Assembly: GCA_963924565.1 (NCBI GenBank)
Contig: OZ004613.1
Span: 20,274,001 to 20,338,000, forward strand
Length of the DNA stretch: 64,000 nucleotides
Source: Ascidiella aspersa
Taxonomy: Eukaryota
Direction of reading: 5' to 3'
The notes under the pieces are model-generated. The model searched no databases and was not told where the DNA came from. It worked only from the letters and a program-made list of their open reading frames with translations. The translations under genes were made by a program, and so were the position numbers. This document shows, one piece after another, positions 54,101-64,000 of the stretch. The stretch's first letter is position 1; each line of letters begins with the position of its first letter.

Positions 54101-57100
54101 TGAGAAAATTTTATTTACTTTTAAAATACACCGATTTATCTAAATACAGAAACGTTTCTATATCGGCCAAATTGTTGCCTGAAATTAATAACACCGAATC
54201 GCAGTAATATCTACAGCAAAATTGTATCTAAACCAGTCAGAAGATGCCTCAAACACATCGGTGTAATATCTCAATGGTCCAAAGACGCTAAAACCGTAGG
54301 AAGATAGTAAGGGACGATTTGATGCCCCCATCTTGGCGTCGGCCGTTTTGGTATGCGAGTCTCTATTTTGGCACTGGACTGTTGCCTTTGTTTGTGTTTT
54401 GGGGTTTGAATGTTTTGTTCAGTTTGGAAGTTTAAATCTTATTTCTTACTATAACCTTATTCCGACTGTCAGGTATAAGTCCTATTTTTGTTTTAGTGTG
54501 AATTGTATTTTACAGGGCTGCGGACCTGCGGTGTTGGCAAAAAGAAATTTTACAATTGATCCAACTCTGCTGGGGTTTAGTAGAACTCATCGACCCACAA
54601 TACACAGGTACAACATAGTTCACCATATGCTTTTCCACATTTTCAATTAACAGTTTGCGACCTTATCAGTTTAAAAATGTTGGTACTGCGCATGCGCACG
54701 TCGGACCCTGGACACAGGTAGTCTCACGTAATCTTGCTTGAGTCCCAAGTCCTGAGCTCGACCATTGAAAAACAAAGACTTCGTCGAGTCCCTAATCCCA
54801 AGACCAAGTACGCAGACCTGGTGTTTCATTGCGACTTTTATGTTAGGCGAATTTCGGTTTTGATGCCGCAGTTGTTCTCTATAAGACAGTTCCAGGCTTC
54901 TTGTGGCTTTGAACTTTAGATACTTCTATTGGGAACTTCAAATTGATTGAACTAAGTAAATTATTTATTAGTATTCATGGGTAATAACCGTAAACTTTTT
55001 ACTGTCAAACATATAATTTTATGGGGGTTAGCAACGAAGCTGTTGGGTGTACTGTACATCAATCTATACTCTAAAAACGAATTTACAAACAAACGAAAAG
55101 TACATTGACGATTAAACTTAACTTAACATTGGTTTTATTTTGTCGTTTCTATGATTATCTATGGACTAAAAATATTCTAACCGAAAAAGTTGCCACGTCT
55201 TAATAATACCACATGCTGAAAACGATAAGCTTAAGAAACGGCTATATTGATGAGAATTCTTAGAATTTGTCAGAATCAAATATTCCAAAACCAAAAAATT
55301 GCTTTAGTTTTAGTTAGAAAAGCCGTGACGGGAAGCGATTAAATTTAAGATTGGCATACGGATGGAAGTGTCTATTTTTTTCAATGAAAACACACACACA
55401 TTTTTTGTTTAGAACTCCCGTATCAACAACGGTTTGGCTACTTTATCTATTTGATCATTCGATAATAACTGAGGTCGATTTGAAGAAAAAGCGACACAAA
55501 TGCAGTGCGAAGTGCGAAAAACTCGCGTCTATTTCGTTTAAAATGCAAACTGGGGCTGTAGTTTGCCCAGGTGTGGCTTAAACTAAAGATAAACAAACTT
55601 ATTTCTTCGCATTCTTATGTGCTCTCAACAAAAAATAGCTGAATTGATTTAACTCGACTAAAGTTGCTTCTTTACGATGTTTTCTAACATTATAACAGTT
55701 AAAAGTTACACCTACCAATTAAGCACCCCTAAATCCGTTCCCGGGTGTGTTATACCAAGTGACACGCTGTTTTTTTACAGGAATCTTTCGAGTCGAAGCG
55801 GGTAAATCATGGTTCAGTTCAAACTATATACCCTACTCATTTTATGTCTTCGTTTTTTATATAATCTGCTTTTATTATTCGCATGTAATTCTTGATACGC
55901 TTCGCTTTATATATCTGTCATCAATTCGCCATAAACCAAGCGATCCTTCCGAATATTAATTTCGTTCTACGGGCAAATTTGTTACTTTTTGGTTTAAAAT
56001 TCAAGCTTTCATTTAGAATGTATAGATGAACAAGACGCATAAAGAACAGATGAATATAAATCTCGTAAAATGGTAGCCTATTAACTATTGGGTTAAAATA
56101 TGTCAATCTTGATGTTATAAGAGATTGTATGTGGTCGATATACTAAATTTTGTTATAGCTTAATGACGGAATACATTCGATCAAAGCGTAAAAACTACAT
56201 TTTAAAATTTTAATTTTTTAACAGTACAGAGGGCGCTTTTAGTTTCTTAAGGTGTCAAAAGTAAAACATATTCGGAAGACAGCTGAGATTGGCGAATCAC
56301 AAAACTCCATTTATGTACTTTAGACAAGCAAAAAATAAAGTTTAGGGCGGCATGCCTGGATCAGGTCCTGGTAAGCCCAGTAGTGGTCCACGAGACAATT
56401 TTCAGTGGGATATGGAGCTCTTTGAAAATCTTGTTTGTATATAATTTAATTTACTAAATATAGTGTGCCCGCCAATAAATATTATCGACCGCCGACTATT
56501 TGGCGGGTTTCTGTAGATTATTTTTTGACTAAAAGTTTTCACACCAAGAAAGGCGTCACATATTGATCATAATGGCCCATGCTGAAAACGACCAGCCTTA
56601 AGAAACGGCTATATTGATAAACAGTTCTTAGAATATGTCCGAATCAAATATTCCAAAAACAAAATATTGCTTTAGTATTAGTTAGAAAAACCATGACGAG
56701 AAGCAAACAAATTAAAAATCGGCCTATGGATATTATATAGAAGTGTCTATTTTTTCAAGGAAAATGCACACACAATTCTTTGTTTAAAACTCCCGTATCA
56801 ACAACGGTTCGGCTACTCTATATTCTATTTGATCATGCAATAGAACCCGAAAACTAAACAAATAACATTTCTTAATTTTGTATTTGTTAAGACTGTTCTT
56901 CAACCTTAAACACTTTGGCTGGCACAACTAATAAAGCCTATAGTGATAATTTATTTCCTTCCTAAAACCAGTCGACTGATGACAGTTTTTTTTTACGATA
57001 CAGGTATTTTGTCCACAAAAGATTAAATTGACTAAACATTGTTCAAATGAAAACCACATGAAGAAAATTACACAGTAAATTACCCTTTAACAACAAATAC

Positions 57101-60100
57101 ACTAGTCGGAGTTGGTACATAACTTTTTTAATTCCTTGCACTGCTGTGTTAATTACAACTCCCTATTTTCCTGATTTAAGATTTAAAGGAAGACTGTTTT
57201 TGCTTCTTATGAAACAGTGCAATAATATATATCTGCAATTTTTTTTGTTTTACTCGTATGTTAACAAATAGAGCTTAAGGCAATGCAGTTAATTTCCTTT
57301 TAACTTTTTGTCCAACAAAGTTATCTAGGGTCGCCAACCCACGGTCCGCAAGCCGCATACAGCTTTTATAATGTGTTTATGATTGTTTGGACCGACAATA
57401 TAACTTTGCCCAGAAAATACACCCCGTCGTCCAGGTAGAATAGAGTCACAAACCGGCGCGGATTTAAGGGGACAATCATGTTGCATCAACTCTCAAAATT
57501 TTATGTTAAATTGGCATGGCACGTCACGAAAAAGTTTAGTCGGAACGTAACGTAACAAAGCAGGCATTTTCTCGAGACCAGCTGTTCTTGGATCTTCCCA
57601 TGAGCAAATGGGCAACTTCATAGGCTGAATAAAAGAAATAGCTATTCGATTTATGCAGGTGTACTCAACTGGCGGACCCCGATTCGGGTCCGGACATGTG
57701 GAGTGTTGAACGTGATTCTCAAAGAATGCCCAATGTACTAAAAAATATTTAAATGTGGTACGATTGAATGACATTTTCGACGAACTTGCTAAGAGGCATA
57801 TGACCATTGACCAACCCTTAAGCAGAAAGGCCGCATTGCCACACAAATTTTGATGAGCCGCCAAACCCATTAAATTAAAGGAGACGACGTCATAAGTTAC
57901 GTGATATTGTGACGTCATAAAAACAACTTAACATATAAACACCCGCTCTTCCAGTGTGAAGTCGAGCGCAAATATGCACGTAAATGTCGGCCTAGTTTAA
58001 AGTAGTTTAGGAAACGCTGTTGGCCACACTGCTATAGGTTTCTTTCATTATTCTTGATCGGACTACGACGTGGCCCGCTTTGCTGAATTAGCCTAAGACC
58101 ACCTTTCGTGAGGCCCACAGTTCTTGAACAGTTGACATGACGGCAATTTATAATTAAACCTTTTACTCAAACAATATAATCAATTTGTCACGCAGACGTC
58201 AAATAATGCACTCGGCCGAAACAAAATATAAAATATTGTTCAAAAATGCAAACATTCCGATGTTAATATGACTTACAAACAGTTTTATGTATCCATCTTG
58301 TATGGTACGTGTATTGGTTCTACACTGTCATAAAATAAATCTTGCGATGACTTTAAGTTACACGACAAATACCAAATACATAGGTCGATTTAAAATGTTA
58401 AGGAATTTTGTGTGTTAAGTACATTTATTATTTAATGCTGTTGGGCATTCAAACTATAGTTGACAAACCTTAAGATATTTAGCCTGCTTCTGTATTATAT
58501 CATCCTCCACATCTGGATAATCCTTATGATAAACATTTTGGTAATTCTTTTATATGAATACTTTTGCACAGCGTCAAAATTTCCAAAAAAGTGCTGCTTG
58601 TTTCACACCGTCCTAATTAAGGTTTACCCATATCCAAGGAAAACGAATTAATTGTGTGGTTAACCTGACGCGTGACTATACTCGTCAGAATATTCGTGTC
58701 CCTGTCGCGCGCCACGTATTGTCGCCCTACAGGCAACAGTTTGAACACCACTGGTTGAATGGGGTATTTAACAGATTTGTAATAAAGGCCCAATCGAATC
58801 TTAACATTCAAAATGTGCGCAAACGCTTGGTATAGTGACAGGGTTATATAAACACTTTCGCATCGTTTCAGAAATATATTTTTCATTCTCAGCAAGGAAA
58901 ATAGCTGATGCAAAATTACAGTTGTATAATAGGAGTTTTACTTTCTATGGTATAACTGATTTATAAAATATTAGTCCCCAATTTTCTGTAATTGGAGACA
59001 TTGTTTCACAGCGGGGGTCGCACTTGCTGGTTGTACGTGACATTTATAGACATAATTTATTAACAGTATAGTTTAAATATATCCACTTGGTTGAATCGAA
59101 ATCTTTAAAAGGTTCATTTTTCGCGTTTTATGACTAATGTTCACGGAACAAATAAGTATTAGTCTACAAACATTTCGTTAGGATGTTTTGCAATAACATT
59201 TGTATGTTTTCTGTAAAACAGCGCCTTTTTCCAGAGAAACAAAATTTTAATTTTTACCCTACTTATATGGGCCCTTTTTCACAATAAAATTTGGGTTATA
59301 TAATACAGTATATTGCTAATGTTTGTAAGCCCAACTCAGTAAATTTGCATAGGTTAACTATAAATACATTTTGTCATGTTGATTGCAGCTGCGGAGCTCA
59401 ATAACAAATTGAGACGTCACAATATCACGTAACTTATGACGTCGTCTCCTTTAATTTAATGGGTTTGGAGGCTCATCAAAATTTTTAAAGTGGCAATGCG
59501 GCCTTTCTGCTTAAGGGTTGGTCAATGGTCATATGCCTCTTAGCAAGTTCGTCGAAAATGTCATTCAATCGTACCACATTTAAATATTTTTTAGTACATT
59601 GGGCATTCTTTGAGAATCACGTTCAACACTCCACAGGTCCGGATCCGAATCGGGGTCCGCCAGTTGAGTACACCTGCATAAATCGAATAGCTATTTCTTT
59701 TATTCAGCCTATGAAGTTGCCCATTTGCTCATGGGAAGATCCAAGAACAGCTGGTCTCGAGAAAATGCCTGCTTTGTTACGTCACGTTCCGACTAAACTT
59801 TTTCGTGCCGTGCCATGCCAATTTAACATAAAATTTTGAGAGTTGATGCAACATGATTGTCCCCTTAAATCCGCGCCGGTTTGTGACTGTATTCTACCTG
59901 GACGACGGGGTGTATTTTCTAGGCAAATAAGCAAAGTTATATCGTCGGTCCAAACAATCATAAACACATTATAAAAGCTGTATGCGGCTTGCGGACCGTG
60001 GGTTGGCGACCCTAGATAACTTTGTTGGACAAAAAGTTAAAAGGAAATTAACTGCATTGCCTTAAGCTCTATTTGTTAACATACGAGTAAAACAAAAAAA

Positions 60101-63100
60101 ATTGCAAATATATATTGCACTGTTTCATAAGAAGCAAAAACAGTCTTCCTTTAAATCTTAAATCAGGAAATAGGGAGTTGTATATAACACAGCAGTGCAA
60201 GGAATTAAAAAAGTTATGTACCAACTCCGACTAGTGTATTTGTTGTTAAAGGGTAATTTACTGTGTAATTTTCTTCATGTGGTTTACATTTGAACAATGT
60301 TTAGTCAATTTAATCTTTTGTGGACAAAATACCTGTATCGTAAACAAAAACTGTCATCAGTCGACTGGTTTTAGGAAGGAATTAAATTATCACTATAGGC
60401 TTTATTAGTTATGCCAGCCAAAGTGTTTAAGGTTGAAGAACAGTCTTAACAAATACAAAATTAGGAAATTTTATTTGTTTAGTTTTCGGGTTCTATTGCA
60501 TGATCAAATAGAATATAGAGTAGCCGAACCGATGTTGATACGGGAGTTTGAAACAAAGAATTGTGTGTGCATTTTCCTTGAAAAAATAGACACTTCTATA
60601 TAATATCCATAGGCCGATTTTTAATTTGTTTGCTTCTCGTCATGGTTTTTCTAACTAATACTAAAGCAATATTTTGTTTTTGGAATATTTGATTCGGACA
60701 TATTCTAAGAACTGTTTATCAATATAGCCGTTTCTTAAGGCTGGTCGTTTTCAGCATGGGCCATTATTATCAATATGTGACGCCTTTCTTGGTGAGAAAA
60801 TTTTAGTCAAAAAATAATCGACAGGAACCCGCCAAATAGTCGGCGGTCGATAATATTTATTGGCGGGCACACTATATTTAGTAAATTAAATTATATACAA
60901 ACAAGATTTTCAAAGAGCTCCATATCCCACTGAAAATTGTCTCGTGGACCACTACTGGGCTTACCAGGACCTGATCCAGGCATGCCGCCCTAAACTTTAT
61001 TTTTTGCTTGTCTAAAGTACATAAATGGAGTTTTGTGATTCGACAATCTCAGCTGTCTTCCGAATATGTTTTACTTTTGACACGTTAAGAAACTAAAAGC
61101 GCCCTCTGTACTGTTAAAAAATTAAAATTTTTAAATGTAGTTTTACGCTTTGATCGAATGTATTCCGTCATTAAGCTATAACAAAATTTAGTATATCGAC
61201 CACATACAATCTCTTATAACATCAAGATTGACATATTTTAACCCAATAGTTAATAGGCTACCATTTTTCGAGATTTATCTTTATCTGTTCTTTATGCGTC
61301 TTGTTTATCTATACATTCTAAATGAAAGCTTGCATTTTAAACCAAAAAGTAACAAATTTGCCCGTAGAACGAAATTAATATTCGGAAGGATCGCTTGGTT
61401 TATGGCGAATTGATGACAGATATATAAAGCGAAGCGTATCAAGAATTACATGCGAATAATAAAAGCAGATTATATAAAAAACAAAAAACGAAGACATAAA
61501 ATGAGTAGGGTATATAGTTTGAACTGAACCATGATTTACCCGCTTCGACTCGAAAGATTCCTGTAAAAAAACAGCGTGTCACTTGGTATAACACACCCGG
61601 GAACGGATTTAGGGGTGCTTAATTGGTAGGTGTAACTTTTAACTGTTATAATGTTAGAAAACATCGTAAAGAAGCAACTTTAATTGAGTTAAATCAATTC
61701 AGCTATTTTTTGTTGAGAGCACATAAGAATGCGAAGAAATAAGTTTGTTTATCTTTAGTTTAAGCCACACCTGGGCAAACTACAGCCCCAGTTTGCATTT
61801 TAAATGAAATAGACGCGAGTTTTTCGCACTTCGCACTGCATTTGTGTCGCTTTTTCTTCAAATCGACCTCAGTTATTGATCAAATAGAAAAAGTAGCCAA
61901 ACCGTTGTTGATACGGGAGTTCTAAACAAAAAATGTGTGTGTGTTTTCATTGAAAAAAATAGACACTTCCATCCGTATGCCAATCTTAAATTTAATCGCT
62001 TCCCGTCTCGGCTTTTCTAACTAAAACTAAAGCAATTTTTTGGTTTTGGAATATTTGATTCTGACAAATTCTAAGAATTCTCATCAATATAGCCGTTTCT
62101 TAGGCTTATCGTTTTCAGCATATGGTATTATTAAGACGTGGCAACTTTTTCGGTTAGAATATTTTTAGTCCATAGATAATCATAGAAACGACAAAATAAA
62201 ACCAATGTTAAGTTAAGTTTAATCGTCAATGTACTTTTCTTTTGTTTGTAAATTCGTTTTTAGAGTATAGATTGATGTACAGTACACCCAACAGCTTCGT
62301 TGCTAACCCCCATAAAATTATATGTTTGACAGTAAACAGTTTACGGTTATTACCCATGAATACTATAATAAATAATTTACTTATTTCAATCAATTTGAAG
62401 TTCCCAATAGAAGTATCTAAAGTTTAAAGCCACAAGAAGCCTGGAACTGTCTTATAGAGAACAACTGCGGCATCAAAACCGAAATTCGCCTAACATAAAA
62501 GTCGCAATGAAACACCAGGTCTGCGTACTTGGTCTTGGGATTAGGGACTCGAGGAAGTTTGTGTTTTTCAATGGTCGAGCTCAGGAATTGGGACTCAAGC
62601 AAGATTACGTAAGACTACCTGTGTCCAGGGTCCGACGTGCGCATGCGCAGTACCATCATTTCGACACTGATAAGGTAGCAAACTGGGAATTTTAATGTGG
62701 AAATGCATATGGTGAACTATTTTCCACCTATGTATAGTGGGTCGAGGAGTTCTACTAAACCCCAGCAGATTTGGATCAATTGTAAAATTTCTTTCTGCCA
62801 ACACCGCAGGTCCGCAGCCCTGTAAAATACAATTCACAGTAAAATAAAAATAGGACTAATAGCTGACAGTCGGAATAAGGTTAGCAAGAAATAAGATTTA
62901 AACTTCCCCCCAAAAAAACATTCTAACCCAAAATCCAAACAAAGGCAATAGTCCAGTGCCATGGTGACTCGCATACCAAAACGGCCGACGCCAAGATGGG
63001 GGCATCAAATCGTCCCTTACTATCTTCCTACGGTTTTAGCGTTTTTGGACCATAGAGATATTACACCAACGTGTTTGAGGCATCTTCTGACTGGTTTAGA

Positions 63101-63224
63101 TACAATTTTGCCGTAGATGTTACTGCGATTCGGTATTATTAATTTCAGGCAACAATTTTGCCGATATAGAAACGTTTCTGTTATAAATAAATCGGTGTAT
63201 TTTAAAAGTAATTAAAATTTTCTC

Positions 63225-63435
63225 AATAGTTTTCGTGGAAATTTTATCACAAGGGTAACTATAAATTTCCTTTCAATAAATATTCTGCCTCCTTGCCATG
63301 GATAAGTCCAACGACTCTAAATTGTTTACCTTTTATGCGTCATGGTAGAACCCTAAAATTTGAACAGCTGCACCAGCGTTATATAAGGATGCATAACTAT
63401 GATCTTGAACTACTGACTTGCAACTGCACTTCAAG
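63225..63435 (+). promoter_or_regulatory. Copy D promoter and non-coding exon 1
   Basis: CAGCTG 63365-63370; TATATAA 63380-63386; donor AAG|gtaagt at 63435/63436; the intron ends tttttag directly before the ATG at 63579. Confidence 0.72.
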
Positions 63436-63578
63436 GTAAGTTAGATGAGAGACGTGAATCACAGAGTTAACAGAAGTTGTTGTAACTTTTATTTGTGCTT
63501 TTAATCAGTTTATGTTAAATATATCAGATGACCAGTAGTGTTGCTTAAAAAAAATTGAAACCCTTTTTGTATTTTTAG

Positions 63579-63984
63579 ATGGACAAACTCTGCTTGCTTT
63601 TGCTATTAGTGTTGGCTATCTCCACCGTTAATGTCGACGCATGGTGGTGGTACTCTCGAAGAAGAAGGTACTACTCCCGAAGAAGGTACTACTACTACTA
63701 TCGCAGAAGGCGCTACGATGTTGCAAGTTAGTCGATTTTTGTGTCTGATAGTTCAAAAACATTCACGGTTGTTCTGGTTGCATGTTAGCTTAAACTTACT
63801 TAAGTTCATCCAATTTAAATATGGTAATTTGTTGCGTTTAAAAAATTTTTCGACAGATAATGAAAAGATGTCTGAAGAGGATTCTCAATTAGAGAAGTCT
63901 CTAGATATGAAAGACGACTTGCTGCCAGAGGAGGCACAGAAACTTGTTGAAATGGTCAACGAGGTGGATCAACAACAGCACTAA
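63579..63984 (+). CDS. Secreted Trp/Arg/Tyr-rich peptide precursor, copy D (putative antimicrobial peptide, 91 aa); coding exons 63579-63726 and 63857-63984
   Basis: MDKLCLLLLLVLAISTVNVDA-WWWYSRRRRYYSRRRYYYYYRRRRY-DVANNEKMSEEDSQLEKSLDMKDDLLPEEAQKLVEMVNEVDQQQH*. A|gttagt...cgacag phase-1 intron. Confidence 0.9.
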
Positions 63985-64000
63985 GTTGATATTTGGTGTA

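Larger units (their letters stand above)
53326..64000. repeat. Large inverted repeat 2: arms ~53326-57916 and 59413-64000 (continues past the window), spacer 57917-59412
   Basis: Near-continuous reverse-complement identity; mirrored ORF pairs in the track (57493- / 59525+, 55921- / 61228+, 54734+ / 62417-, 53342- / 63631+). Confidence 0.97.

Noticed and set aside
57493-57918. 141-aa and 104-aa mirrored ORFs near the centre of IR2 (also 59525-59839), and other mirrored 61-aa ORFs
   Set aside because: They recur only because of the inverted duplication; no recognisable domain, and the 5' frame differs between arms.
63631-63984. 117-aa ORFs MSTHGGGTLEEEG... (also 53342-53695) and the 71-aa ORF at 47101-47316
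   Set aside because: They join the wrong frame of the core exon and/or intron sequence to the real tail exon. The spliced model with a signal peptide holds in all four copies; this read-through does not.

Overview
AT-rich, intron-containing animal DNA; an ascidian (tunicate) origin is inferred from gene content. (1) 257-5520, minus strand: the 5' part (7 coding exons, bHLH, PAS-A and PAS-B) of an aryl hydrocarbon receptor (AHR) gene that runs off the left edge and needs one GC-AG intron. (2) ~6-23 kb: non-coding DNA with MITEs and a LINE fragment. (3) ~23.6-64 kb: an array of alternately inverted units (+ - + - +) carrying four intact small three-exon genes that the ORF track misses or mis-frames. 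Each encodes a 21-aa signal peptide, a hypervariable Trp/Tyr/Arg core and an acidic C-terminal piece. The cores are FLFHWLSRRRRYYSRRRY, WWHYWYTRRRRRW and two copies of WWWYSRRRRYYSRRRYYYYYRRRRY. This is the layout of ascidian antimicrobial peptide precursors. A fifth unit keeps the upstream region but has lost the gene. A Helitron separates one copy from its TATA box. Repeat boundaries marked ~ were aligned by eye.
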